Shown here in pieces: positions 15,990 to 25,506 of a DNA stretch of 49,105 bases. The notes below the pieces were generated by a model that did no database searches, was not told the DNA's origin, and worked only from the letters and a program-made list of their open reading frames with translations. The position numbers and the translations under genes were made by a program. Origin of the DNA: Candidatus Saccharimonadota bacterium (lineage in GTDB: Bacteria; Patescibacteriota; Saccharimonadia; Saccharimonadales; JAICHO01); assembly GCA_025924835.1 (NCBI GenBank), contig JAICHO010000003.1:1-49105 (forward strand), in the 5' to 3' direction. Position 1 is the first letter of the stretch. Each line of letters opens with the position of its first letter.

Positions 15990-16928
15990 ATGCCTAGACT
16001 AGGAGCCGCACGTGATATCGCGGTAGCAGTACGGGATTTTATACTAGGCCATACTGATACGTGGGATGTCCCTTTTGAGAATTTAGGAGACTTTAGCCCG
16101 GTGTATGCCGGTGCAAAACTGGCTATGTACTCTAAGGAATACCTTTCAAACACACCTGCCCGTATACGGCTACAAGAAATAATGAATGCTATTGTGGCGG
16201 CTCAACCTAGGGGTAGGGCCAAGCCAACATCCAATAACCGTGCAGCCGGCGACCGCACCCCTACACCCGCCTATTTGGATCACCTGCATGGGCCCGTACT
16301 AGGCTACATTTTAAATGGCGACATTCTACCAATCGGGGTTTATGACCCTCGCCGTGTACAAAAAGTATTGCAAGCACTAGCTGGCACCGAACCATTAAAA
16401 GACGAAGCTGTATTGACCAGGTTTATCAGGGTCCAGCAATCCCTGGCAGTAGCGCCCGGAGTGCACGATTTTAATGCTAAGGAAGCTGGCAGAAATAGGC
16501 ATACACCATTTAGGCAAAGGCCGGAGTGGTCGCAGGAGGCAGCCTGCGCACCCGAGGACCCAAATTCGTTCTATCCAGAAAGAGGAGCTGCACAAAAACT
16601 ATTACTGGAGACATGCATGAAATGTGTGCGTCGTGACGACTGTCTGGAGATCGCGCTTGTGAATAAAGAGGGTTTTGGTTTTTGGGGCGGCTTAAGCGAG
16701 CGCGGGAGACGCAAAGTAAAAAAACTGGTTAAAGAAGGCAAACCAATAGCAATCATTAATGCTACAATTGCAAAAGCAAGAGGCGCTACGGAAGGAATGC
16801 CCGAAGACCAGTTAAAAAGACTCATTGCCAAGCTAGTGATGCAGCCTGATGAACCCCAAGATGAGGATGAGGAAGACGATTCAGATGATGGTGACGAGGC
16901 GGATGGTCGGCAAGAGCTGGCCTCTTAA
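15990..16928 (+). CDS. WhiB-like (Wbl) Fe-S cluster domain protein with long N-terminal extension and acidic tail
   Basis: AACAPEDPNSFYPE-x14-CMKCVRRDDCLEIALVNKEGFGFWGGLSERGRRKVKK gives Cys spacing C-x22-C-x2-C-x5-C plus the G[VF]WGG turn and a basic tail. The C-terminus is poly-acidic (DEPQDEDEEDDSDDGDEADG). Confidence 0.75.
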   Translation: MPRLGAARDIAVAVRDFILGHTDTWDVPFENLGDFSPVYAGAKLAMYSKEYLSNTPARIRLQEIMNAIVAAQPRGRAKPTSNNRAAGDRTPTPAYLDHLHGPVLGYILNGDILPIGVYDPRRVQKVLQALAGTEPLKDEAVLTRFIRVQQSLAVAPGVHDFNAKEAGRNRHTPFRQRPEWSQEAACAPEDPNSFYPERGAAQKLLLETCMKCVRRDDCLEIALVNKEGFGFWGGLSERGRRKVKKLVKEGKPIAIINATIAKARGATEGMPEDQLKRLIAKLVMQPDEPQDEDEEDDSDDGDEADGRQELAS

Positions 16929-16939
16929 TATCACGGCTG

Positions 16940-18367
16940 CTACAAGCTATTGAGCATCTGGTCTAGCCTTTTCAAGATTCTTGTCTTTCCCAGCACAGCC
17001 ATGGTTTCGGCCAAACCTGGGCTGGCGGCTGCTTGAGTGGTGGCAATACGGATGAGGCTGAATAGCACAGCTGGTTTTTGGCTGGTTGCCTCCAGTAGCT
17101 TATTAAGGCGATCAGTTAGATCCTCCAGGCTGAAATCGCTTTCTTCTAAGACGGCTTTAGCTTGCTCTAGTAGTGCCTTTAAATCTTCGCTATTCATTTT
17201 TTTAAGCTGTTTGTGCTCGCTTATAAGCTTTGGGTCCGGTGGCAAATCTTTAAAGAAAAACAATGTTAGTTCCGGCAGTTCGGAAAAATACTTTAATCTT
17301 TCCTGGACTAAGCCCAGGACCCTCTTTTTATATTCGTCATCGTAATCCTGGGCTTCCGTAGGCCAGTAATTCCTGACCTTCTCGAATAAGTCACTCAGGT
17401 CTAGTTGGCGGATATAGTAGCCATTCATCCAGGCCAGGCGTCGTTCGTCAAAATGGGCGCCACTGCGCTGCACGCGGTCCAGGCTGAATTTGGCTATTAG
17501 TTCGTCAATAGTGAATATTTCTTGTTCTGATCCGTCATTCCAACCTAAAGAAGCGATAAAATTAACTAGTGCCTCAGGCAGATAGCCGTCACGGATATAA
17601 TCCAGAACATCCTTGGCACCATCGCGTTTGCTTAATTTCTTTTTGCCGTCCGGGCCTAGGACGTGCGGAGCGGTGGCCATGACGGGTGGCGTGAGCTCAA
17701 GGGCCTCATACAAGTTTAAATAATTGGGGACACTGGCGATAAACTCCTGGCCACGGATGATATGGCTAATTTTCATCTCTTCATCGTCAATGATATGTGC
17801 AAAATTATAGGTCGGATAGCCGTCTGATTTCATCAAAATAAAATCGTCTATTGTTTCGGGCCCAACCGACAAATCGCCCATGATGGCGTCATGCCACTTA
17901 TAGGCTTTAGGTTCGGATTTAAAACGTAAAGCTTGGCTGCCGTTCCAGGCCGGCGGATTTTGTGGTCGGTGGTTGCGGTATAAAAAAGGCTGCTTATTTT
18001 TTTGGGCCTGTTCGCGGAAAGCCTGGACTTCTTCGGCTGTGTACGGATCGGCATAAGCCCGACCGCTGTCCAAAAGCTTCTGAACCCAGGGTTTATAGGT
18101 CGCCAGCCGTTCACTCTGGCGGTAAGGAGCGTACGGTCCACCAATATCAGGACCTTCATCGTAATCTAGCCCCAATGCTCTAAGACTTTTCATGAGATGC
18201 GCGTCAGAGCCTACGACTTCCCGCTTTTTATCGGTATCTTCCAGGCGGAGCACAAACTGTCCCCTGCCTTGCCGTGCGACCAGCCATGCAAAAACGGCGG
18301 TCCGAATACCACCGACATGCAAATAGCCTGTGGGGCTGGGAGCAAACCGCGTACGCACATCTGTCAT
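16940..18367 (-). CDS. gltX: glutamyl-tRNA synthetase
   Basis: RTRFAPSPTGYLHVGGIRTA (HIGH motif) and KLSKR (KMSKS motif). Start set to ATG 18367 (MTDVRTRFAPSPTG). The track start GTG 18388 would include a TATACT -10 box (18380..18375) lying 7 nt upstream of that ATG. Confidence 0.95.
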   Translation of the reverse strand: MTDVRTRFAPSPTGYLHVGGIRTAVFAWLVARQGRGQFVLRLEDTDKKREVVGSDAHLMKSLRALGLDYDEGPDIGGPYAPYRQSERLATYKPWVQKLLDSGRAYADPYTAEEVQAFREQAQKNKQPFLYRNHRPQNPPAWNGSQALRFKSEPKAYKWHDAIMGDLSVGPETIDDFILMKSDGYPTYNFAHIIDDEEMKISHIIRGQEFIASVPNYLNLYEALELTPPVMATAPHVLGPDGKKKLSKRDGAKDVLDYIRDGYLPEALVNFIASLGWNDGSEQEIFTIDELIAKFSLDRVQRSGAHFDERRLAWMNGYYIRQLDLSDLFEKVRNYWPTEAQDYDDEYKKRVLGLVQERLKYFSELPELTLFFFKDLPPDPKLISEHKQLKKMNSEDLKALLEQAKAVLEESDFSLEDLTDRLNKLLEATSQKPAVLFSLIRIATTQAAASPGLAETMAVLGKTRILKRLDQMLNSL

Positions 18368-18414
18368 CCGCCTTAGTATACAAGACACAGAGTATTAGAG
18401 TTAATTATGTGTAC

Positions 18415-18441
18415 AAAAAGGTGAAGCTTCTTCGCCTTTTT
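18415..18441. terminator. bidirectional rho-independent terminator
   Basis: AAAAA-GGTGAAG-CTT-CTTCGCC-TTTTT is a 7-bp stem flanked by A and T tracts. It lies downstream of the minus-strand gene 18526..19563 and upstream of the gltX promoter. Confidence 0.6.
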
Positions 18442-18525
18442 GTTTCCAAATGGGAGGAGAGCAGCCAGAGAAAATGCTTCATTTTCCCTGAGCGATGAGA
18501 GGAGGAGTCACCTCATCGCATAGAG

Positions 18526-19563
18526 TTATATGCTGTTGGCTAAGCGGAGCAATTGGTCACTATTTAGCTTGGAGTCACCTTCAATCTTATACAAGATACC
18601 GCCGTCTACCCAGGTAACATTGCTGTCGTTGTATATAAATAGCGTCTTGCCATTATCAGGCACCTCCATTGGATTGGTGGTCTTGGCATCATTTTTGAGC
18701 TTATCCCTTAAGGTGTCGCTGTTCCAGGCAGAAGCCACTTGGCTTAGCCGAAAATTACGTCCGTCACTGTTAGACACAAAGCTGACGTTTATTTCACCAG
18801 GCTTGTAAGAGATATTGTTCAGGTGAAAACCCGGTGGTTGATATGCCGGTAGCGTGCCATGTACCCCTGCCCGGCTGGCTGCCAAATGCATTTTTAAATT
18901 AGGAATGTTTTGGTAGCTGAAAAAGCCAATCAAAAGTAAGGCTGCCACCAATAACGAACCGCCACTAAGAACACGCGGACTAATATGCAACCTGTTAGCT
19001 ACACGTTTATGAACTCCTGGACGCTTGAGCTTGGGTTGTTGATGGCTGGTGGCATTCGCGATAGCTTGGTGCAATGGGTTAACTGACACTGACACGGTCG
19101 CTGCGCTTGCAGCAGCCTTAGACAAGGTTGGTGCAGGACTTGGCATCTGCTTTCTTGAGTCAGGAGCCACCTTGTGTTCGTTATCGTCTGGGTTCAGGCT
19201 GAATTTACGGATAAGCGGACTGTGAGGTGTAAGTTTACTGCGCAATACGGAGCTGGACATATGTACTGGCTGCTCAGCGGGTTTTTGATCTACTACCGTG
19301 GCCACGGCATGCAGTTTATGGCTAATCGGTTTATGGACCGTTGTACGCATTAGGGTATGCGATTTCTGGACTGACCTGGCTTGTGGGTGTGCGGTATGAC
19401 CACTGCGTTCGGGTTTTTTTGCAAAACCGTCCAGGTTGTGACTGGTGACTGGCTGTAAGGGGGCCTTATGAGCTGATTTCATGGCTGCCTGCTCGCCTAC
19501 CATCTTGCCGGTCAATGCATCATAGCGCTTGCCGTTCAACTCAATAATGTGTTGTTTTGCCAC
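18526..19563 (-). CDS. membrane-anchored protein, basic N-terminal half, C-terminal DUF4367-like domain
   Basis: Single TM helix (GGSLLVAALLLIGFFSY). The C-terminus (TLFIYNDSNVTWVDGGILYKIEGDSKLNSDQLLRLANSI) resembles extracytoplasmic domains of anti-sigma-type proteins. This is a weak call. Confidence 0.5.
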   Translation of the reverse strand: MAKQHIIELNGKRYDALTGKMVGEQAAMKSAHKAPLQPVTSHNLDGFAKKPERSGHTAHPQARSVQKSHTLMRTTVHKPISHKLHAVATVVDQKPAEQPVHMSSSVLRSKLTPHSPLIRKFSLNPDDNEHKVAPDSRKQMPSPAPTLSKAAASAATVSVSVNPLHQAIANATSHQQPKLKRPGVHKRVANRLHISPRVLSGGSLLVAALLLIGFFSYQNIPNLKMHLAASRAGVHGTLPAYQPPGFHLNNISYKPGEINVSFVSNSDGRNFRLSQVASAWNSDTLRDKLKNDAKTTNPMEVPDNGKTLFIYNDSNVTWVDGGILYKIEGDSKLNSDQLLRLANSI

Positions 19564-19729
19564 GTAGCCCTCGTTTTAGAGTATTTGAACTGGTAATACG
19601 TATCTTACCGCTAGTTTGCACTTGCTGCAACATGAATATGGTTATAATACCGATATCGATCACGTCCAGGTGGCAATTAGATATTAAGTGCTTGCAGCTC
19701 TGAAAACCGGTATACTATATAAAACACCT

Positions 19730-21223
19730 ATGGATTTCCTAGACCCCAAGAAAAAACGCGCGCGCCTAACAAGACTGTACATAGGGTATGTGCTGATAGC
19801 TATCGCGCTGGCAATAGGCACGTTTATTCTGGTGTTGGCAGCATATGGCTATGACATTGATCGGAAAACCGGCGGCGTTATCCAAAATGGGCTTATTATT
19901 GTTGACGCCCATCCCGTATCGGCAGATATTTTAGTTAATAACGCGATGCGCGGCACAACCGCTGATCGTCTGATTTTGCCGGCGGCAAGCTATAACATTC
20001 AATTGCAGCGCGACGGTTATCGGAGCTGGACGCATCAAGTAAATCTGGAGGGCAGCACCATCGAGCAGTTGGTATACCCTTTTTTATTTCCCAAGGATTT
20101 AGTTACTAAGTCCATTCAGCAATATACCGCCGTACCGCCTATGGCAAGCACAAGCCCCGATCGGCATTGGCTTGTAGTGCAGTCACCCTCTGGAGCGGGT
20201 ACATTTAATGTCATTGATCTGAATAACAACAAAAATCCAGTTGTCACAGTGAACATTCCAACTTCCATCATCACGGAAGCAGACGGCCCGCATACCTATG
20301 AAGCCGTGGAATGGTCAACCGATAATGTCCATTTGCTCATGAAGCATAGTTACAGCGGCGGCCAGGAATTTATTGAGCTGGACCGCAACAACGCTGCGAA
20401 CAGCCTTAATCTGAGCAAATTATTCCCTGGTCAACCATATACAACCATCAGTTTGCGTGATAAGAAACCTGATCAACTATATCTGTTTGATGCCGCCAGC
20501 GGCAATTTGACGACCGCCGACACGCAAACCAAGACAGTGGCGCCGCTGTTGACCCACGTTTTAAGCTACAAATCATACCAAGCCGATACCATCGCCTATG
20601 TCAGTGGTGCGGCCGCGAGCACGGAAAGCGTAGAGTTTCATTTGTGGCAAAATGCGCAGGACCATCTCGTGCGGACATTGCCTGCTGGCCCGATCTATCT
20701 TATGGATATGGCCCAGTTTAACGGGCACTTTTATGTAGCTAGTGGCAGCTCAAAGGATGGTCGTATTTATATCTACAAAGATCCATTTAGTGATCTGGGA
20801 AGTCATCCGGCGCGGACACCCGAACCTGTCCGGGTGCTAGTTGTGCCGGCGGCCGAATACGTTTCTTTTTCTGGTATTGCCCGGTTTATAGCCGTTCAAG
20901 GAGACAGTCATTTTGGTGTCTACGACATAGAAACCGATCGGCAGTTTCGCTATAACACCAAACTGGAGCTAACGGCCCACCAAAAAGCGATCTGGATGGA
21001 CGGACATCGTCTATCTTTAATAAGTAAGGGCAAAATCACTATCTTTGATTTTGATGGCCTAAACATGCAGACCCTTAGTCCCAGCCTGACCACGGCCGGG
21101 CCGTTTTTTGATCGAGACTACACCGCAATGTTCGCTTTGGCCCCAGACCTCAAATCACCCGACAAAACGGTGTTGACACGTACCGAACTAAAGGTTCTGC
21201 CAGCCGGCCAATCCAGCCCATAA
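19730..21223 (+). CDS. PEGA domain-containing membrane-anchored protein
   Basis: Start at ATG 19730 (MDFLDPKKKR), a TM helix, then a PEGA-type segment (VDAHPVSADILVNNAMRGTTADRLILPAASYNIQLQRDGYRSW). Confidence 0.65.
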   Translation: MDFLDPKKKRARLTRLYIGYVLIAIALAIGTFILVLAAYGYDIDRKTGGVIQNGLIIVDAHPVSADILVNNAMRGTTADRLILPAASYNIQLQRDGYRSWTHQVNLEGSTIEQLVYPFLFPKDLVTKSIQQYTAVPPMASTSPDRHWLVVQSPSGAGTFNVIDLNNNKNPVVTVNIPTSIITEADGPHTYEAVEWSTDNVHLLMKHSYSGGQEFIELDRNNAANSLNLSKLFPGQPYTTISLRDKKPDQLYLFDAASGNLTTADTQTKTVAPLLTHVLSYKSYQADTIAYVSGAAASTESVEFHLWQNAQDHLVRTLPAGPIYLMDMAQFNGHFYVASGSSKDGRIYIYKDPFSDLGSHPARTPEPVRVLVVPAAEYVSFSGIARFIAVQGDSHFGVYDIETDRQFRYNTKLELTAHQKAIWMDGHRLSLISKGKITIFDFDGLNMQTLSPSLTTAGPFFDRDYTAMFALAPDLKSPDKTVLTRTELKVLPAGQSSP

Positions 21224-21231
21224 ATATACCC

Positions 21232-22407
21232 CTAAGAACTGAGCCAGTTGGTGAGCCGTTGCCAGAGCGTAGGCGAATCACTTGGCAGTATGGCAGGCTT
21301 GGTTTGCTTAGTAACCGAACTAGCGACATTTGATGAAGGATCGGGAGTAATTTGTTCGCCGGTTACAACTAAGCGGTTCAAACTAGTGCCGGGCGGATCG
21401 CAGGTAATGAGGCTGAAAGTTGCGGGCTTGCCCTGGCTGTCGTCTAGAATGTCGACGTCTTCCGGTTTCACGATTTTTTTAGTGAATACCTTATATACGT
21501 ACCGTTTGCTGTCCTTTTGCAAAATGAAGGTGTCGCCGACTTCAAGCCGGTGAAGCAGTACAAACGCGAACTTGTACTTGCCTTTGTTCAATATATTATT
21601 GGACGAATGCCCAAAGATAGCCCCATTGCCCAGTTCCCCGGGGTTGGGCGTGGTAGCGTAGTGCAGGACACCGTCCTGCAATGCCTGCTGAACGGCATGC
21701 TCGTCTATGGACGGTTCCGTATAAATCACAGGAAGCTCGGCGTTGATTTTGGGAATAATGATTTCCGGTTCGGGTCCGGCGGTAGTAGAGCCGGGATCAA
21801 TGATAATCTGGCTATCGCTGACGGTTCTGCTGGGGCTAATAAATGGGGCGATAAAGCGTTCATTAAAGAAACTGAATAATAGAATAACCACCACAATCAG
21901 ACCACAGCTAAGGCCAAACACGAGTGACTTCAAATGACCGCCTTTTTGCTTACTGCGCCCCGCAACTCGTTTTAAAAGCTGTTCTTTGATGTCACTGACG
22001 CTACGTTTATCGGCTGCGGTTGGTTTGGGCTGTGTGACATGTGGTGGTTTATGTTCCTGGATGACGGGCCGTGGTGATGCAGGCGCCGGTGCGGCAGCAG
22101 CGTTTTTTCGCCGGTCATGCTCAGCGTAAAATTCTTGCCATACTTGGTGCTTTTCAGCGTCGGGCAGTGCTACATAATAGTTATGCCAAGCCGTCTGAAT
22201 TTCAGCCAGCGACTTGCCTGACTGACTGAGCTCATGCATATAGCGTTGATGTACCGAGCGGTGAGATGCTTTGGCGTCGGCTTCTTGTCGCTCTTCTCTG
22301 GCGTTAGGCTCGGTGGCATAAAGGTTGCCTAATTTTTGCCGAATTAAATCAGCTGCCGGATTACCGGGATCAGACGGGTTGTCATTAAGAGGATGTATGG
22401 TTTTCAT
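21232..22407 (-). CDS. sortase-family transpeptidase with long N-terminal extension
   Basis: TM helix, catalytic His context AIFGHSSNN, Cys context FSLITCDPPGT, and Arg context NRLVVTG. Confidence 0.8.
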   Translation of the reverse strand: MKTIHPLNDNPSDPGNPAADLIRQKLGNLYATEPNAREERQEADAKASHRSVHQRYMHELSQSGKSLAEIQTAWHNYYVALPDAEKHQVWQEFYAEHDRRKNAAAAPAPASPRPVIQEHKPPHVTQPKPTAADKRSVSDIKEQLLKRVAGRSKQKGGHLKSLVFGLSCGLIVVVILLFSFFNERFIAPFISPSRTVSDSQIIIDPGSTTAGPEPEIIIPKINAELPVIYTEPSIDEHAVQQALQDGVLHYATTPNPGELGNGAIFGHSSNNILNKGKYKFAFVLLHRLEVGDTFILQKDSKRYVYKVFTKKIVKPEDVDILDDSQGKPATFSLITCDPPGTSLNRLVVTGEQITPDPSSNVASSVTKQTKPAILPSDSPTLWQRLTNWLSS

Positions 22408-22531
22408 GGCCTAATGAGTAATATCGATAACAGATTAATTATACCTTAAGCCGCCAAATTGATATATAGTGCCTTCTCTGTTAAGAGTCGGCCATATATA
22501 GTACAATGGCCGTGATCCTTCTTTTGGGTAT

Positions 22532-22618
22532 GCCGGGGTGGCGGAATTGGTAGACGCGCCGGACTCAAAATCCGGTGATAGCAATATCATGTGGGTTCAA
22601 GTCCCTCCCCCGGCACCA
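22532..22618 (+). tRNA. tRNA-Leu: tRNA-Leu (anticodon CAA), CCA encoded
   Basis: GCCGGGGTGGCGGAATTGGTAGACGCGCCGGACTCAAAATCCGGTGATAGCAATATCATGTGGGTTCAAGTCCCTCCCCCGGCACCA. It has a long variable arm, anticodon loop CTCAAAA and a GGTTCAAGTCC T-arm. Confidence 0.9.
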
Positions 22619-22658
22619 TCTAATACTTGCGCTGTAGCTTCCATCAGTCCCCCGCGCT

Positions 22659-23453
22659 TTAATCGAGTTCAAAAATCGCAGTTGTTATAGATTCAAATGA
22701 TTTTAACGGATTTTGCAGCCACCAAACGGCGGAGTGGGCCGCGGTCTGAACGCGCCAGATTTCTTTATCTTGATTCAGCTGTGTCGTACTAATTTGGCCA
22801 TTTACTCCGACGACCAGTTGATCGTGATGCTTGACTACGATGTTTACGGGTACGCGTAGCGTGAATTCATGCAAGTTATCAACAAGGTGCATTAAGTCCA
22901 TGCCCAGCGTAAAAGCTTTTTCGTAGTTAGCTCCCGACGATATTTTTTGTAACTGGGCGAGCGTAATAACAAGCATGGTGTTCGGACGATTTAAGACGGG
23001 CTTTGGATGCGACAAAATATAATCAGCGGCGTCTTGGGTAATAGTTACTTGTCCTGTATGTTTAGACAAATAGCTTTCCAAAAGCGTCGCTGTCTCACTG
23101 TTACGACCGAAGTCACCGGCGAGCAGCACACCGTCTGCCCATGCGGATTGATCGTACCACTCATCAAGTGCCGCTTTGCTAAAACTACCACTCGCAGTAC
23201 TGGGCGCCAGCGAGCCCGCTTCAAACACCGGTCCAACAAATTGCTTAAGTGAGTTCGGCAGTATCATCCGCACAGTTCCCGCGCCGGCTGCCTCAGCCGC
23301 TTTGAATGCTTCTGAGGGCGCGACGAAACCGTACTGATTGCCGCCCATAATCAGCAACTTTCCAGCTGTTGTCTGATTTTCCGGCCGGCTCCATAATAAA
23401 TCGGGATAGAGCGGTTTGTCGGCCGATTGCTTATGCCAATATTCGCGGTTCAT
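22659..23453 (-). CDS. YjeF C-terminal / ribokinase-fold-like protein (divergent NAD(P)HX-dehydratase-like)
   Basis: GKLLIMGGNQYGFVAPSEAFKAAEAAGAGTVRMILP resembles the start of YjeF_C domains. The usual C-terminal GxGD motif is not visible. Confidence 0.35.
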   Translation of the reverse strand: MNREYWHKQSADKPLYPDLLWSRPENQTTAGKLLIMGGNQYGFVAPSEAFKAAEAAGAGTVRMILPNSLKQFVGPVFEAGSLAPSTASGSFSKAALDEWYDQSAWADGVLLAGDFGRNSETATLLESYLSKHTGQVTITQDAADYILSHPKPVLNRPNTMLVITLAQLQKISSGANYEKAFTLGMDLMHLVDNLHEFTLRVPVNIVVKHHDQLVVGVNGQISTTQLNQDKEIWRVQTAAHSAVWWLQNPLKSFESITTAIFELD

Positions 23454-23470
23454 AATGCGGGCCTATCATG

Positions 23471-24184
23471 TTATAGCAATACGTACGTTTCATTCCTTGA
23501 CTCCAACTCGTAGATAATGTTTTTGCGCTCCAATACGATTGTCCAGCCGGAAGCTTTGGCAGCCTGGAAAAGCTTTAGCTCAGGGTTAAAGGCTACGGGA
23601 CGATCGACCATTTGCAGCATGGGGATATCACTGCCACTGTCGCCAACGGCGATGCTGTTAGCGACTATGGTATCGTGTTTGGCAATGAGCTTTTGCAGCG
23701 CGAGTTTCTTATCCAGAGCATAGACTTTTTTCTGGCCTGTAAACTGCCCTTTTTGTTTTAAATAATCCGTAGCCATAAAATCATCAAAACCATAATAAGC
23801 TGCTATGCGTGACACGAGCTCGGTTTGGGAACCGGAAATCGCGAATAATACGTAATCTTTAGCCTTGAGTTTTTTAATCAGTGCCCGGCTGTAGGCGTAC
23901 ACCTGGTCTTTATACTCATGTATAACCGAATCTACTGCGTTTTCAAATTGTTGTACCGTAAGTTTTTGAATGATTTGCTCAAAACCTTTAATCATAACCT
24001 GCTCATAATCTGCAAAGGCTTGTGGGTGGCTGCGCATCTTCCAGGCGCGCCGAGCTTCGCGGATCTGGTTATATATAGAGACGTCCAGATGTCCCATTTT
24101 GGCTAAAGCGTCAGTAACCGCGTGATATAACTGCCAGCGTATGAGCGTTCCATCAATGTCAAAGGCGGCAAATGGCCGGCTCAT
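23471..24184 (-). CDS. HAD-superfamily hydrolase (subfamily IB, SerB-like)
   Basis: Motif I AAFDIDGTLI, motif II ISGS, and motif IV GDSGSDIPML. Confidence 0.8.
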   Translation of the reverse strand: MSRPFAAFDIDGTLIRWQLYHAVTDALAKMGHLDVSIYNQIREARRAWKMRSHPQAFADYEQVMIKGFEQIIQKLTVQQFENAVDSVIHEYKDQVYAYSRALIKKLKAKDYVLFAISGSQTELVSRIAAYYGFDDFMATDYLKQKGQFTGQKKVYALDKKLALQKLIAKHDTIVANSIAVGDSGSDIPMLQMVDRPVAFNPELKLFQAAKASGWTIVLERKNIIYELESRNETYVLL

Positions 24185-24186
24185 GT

Positions 24187-24570
24187 TTAGGGCGTCCCCT
24201 TACGATAGGCTTTTTTAATACGATCGTAATCTTTTAGGCTGTCATTGTCCTTGTTGAAAATAGTTACAGGGTACTTTTTAAGTAATCGTTTATACTTGCT
24301 CTTAAAAGAAGACGCAATATCTATGTCCTGGCCGACGGCGAACATCAGACAATTGAAGATAATGTCAGAAAGCTCGTCGGCAACTTCCTGCTGGTTTGGT
24401 TGGCCGTCACGTTCCCACTGGTAATGCTCCATCAGCTCCGCTGCTTCTACGACAATGCTCATGCTCAGATTTTTGGGGTTGTGATGTCTTTGCCAGTTGC
24501 GGTCTTTGCTAAATGTGTCAACCAACTCTTTCAGCTCTTGAATAGTCGTGTCATTGTCTGTTCTTCCCAT
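24187..24570 (-). CDS. MazG-like nucleotide pyrophosphohydrolase
   Basis: FSKDRNWQRHHNPKNLSMSIVVEAAELMEHYQW and ELSDIIFNCLMFA are typical of small all-alpha NTP pyrophosphatases. Confidence 0.75.
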   Translation of the reverse strand: MGRTDNDTTIQELKELVDTFSKDRNWQRHHNPKNLSMSIVVEAAELMEHYQWERDGQPNQQEVADELSDIIFNCLMFAVGQDIDIASSFKSKYKRLLKKYPVTIFNKDNDSLKDYDRIKKAYRKGTP

Positions 24571-24659
24571 GAGCTTATTGTAGCATCACCTGGATATTTT
24601 AGTTGTGATATATTGACTAATATAGTATAATACTTATAAATAGACAGGCACGTACCCGG

Positions 24660-25457
24660 TTAGACATTTATTTCTATGCTTATTGGGCAGTGATCCGAAC
24701 CTAAAATGTCCGCGTGGATTCCGGCGTTTTTGACCTTTGGTTTTAGGACGTCAGATACTAAAAAGTAATCAATGCGCCAGCCGACATTACGGGCGCGCGC
24801 GTTGGCAAAATGGCTCCACCAGGTGTAATAACCATTTCCCTGCTTGAATAGACGCAGTGTATCTATAAATCCGGCATCCACAAAATTCTGGAATCCTTGC
24901 CGTTCTTCGTCGGTAAAGCCTTTTTTGCCCCGGTTCGGCTTGGGATTGGCCAGATCATCTTCTGTGTGGGCGACATTTAAGTCACCGCAAAAAATCACCG
25001 GCTTTTTTTGTTCCAAACTTCTGCAATAGGCCAAAAAAGCCGGGTCCCATTGCTTATACCGCAAGGGAATGCGTGACAGGTCGTCCTTGGCATTCGGGGT
25101 ATAGACGGTAACGATATAAAAATTGTCATACTCGGCGGCAATTACCCGGCCCTCGCTGTTTGGGTCACCGTAGCTATCGGCAATCAGGCCGTACTTTTTA
25201 CGGATGTCATCCGGCAGCCCATTTATAATGGCTAACGGTTTAATCTTGGTAAAGATAGCGGTGCCGCTGTAGCCCTTTTTTTCGGCGCTGTTCCAATACT
25301 CTTCATAACCTGGCATGTCAATTATGGCCTGTCCCTGCATGGCTTTTGTCTCCTGCAGACACAAAATGTCAGGCTGGTGTTTGGTTAAAAAATCTTGCAA
25401 CGCGCCTTTTTTAACGACAGCACGGATACCATTGACATTCCAGGAGTATATTTTCAT
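24660..25457 (-). CDS. xth: exodeoxyribonuclease III (AP endonuclease)
   Basis: MKIYSWNVNGIRA, LCLQETK, GDLNVAH and GSDHCPISIE motifs. Confidence 0.9.
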   Translation of the reverse strand: MKIYSWNVNGIRAVVKKGALQDFLTKHQPDILCLQETKAMQGQAIIDMPGYEEYWNSAEKKGYSGTAIFTKIKPLAIINGLPDDIRKKYGLIADSYGDPNSEGRVIAAEYDNFYIVTVYTPNAKDDLSRIPLRYKQWDPAFLAYCRSLEQKKPVIFCGDLNVAHTEDDLANPKPNRGKKGFTDEERQGFQNFVDAGFIDTLRLFKQGNGYYTWWSHFANARARNVGWRIDYFLVSDVLKPKVKNAGIHADILGSDHCPISIEINV

Positions 25458-25506
25458 ACCAACAAGTATAGCCTGATCGGGCAGTAATCTGCTAGACTAT
25501 TCATCA

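Noticed and set aside
18492-18519. 8-bp hairpin GCGATGAG-N12-CTCATCGC just downstream of the stop of 18526..19563
   Set aside because: On the transcribed (minus) strand it is not followed by a U tract. The clean terminator at 18415..18441 lies further downstream and accounts for termination. I left it unannotated because its loop merely contains a GGAGGAG run.
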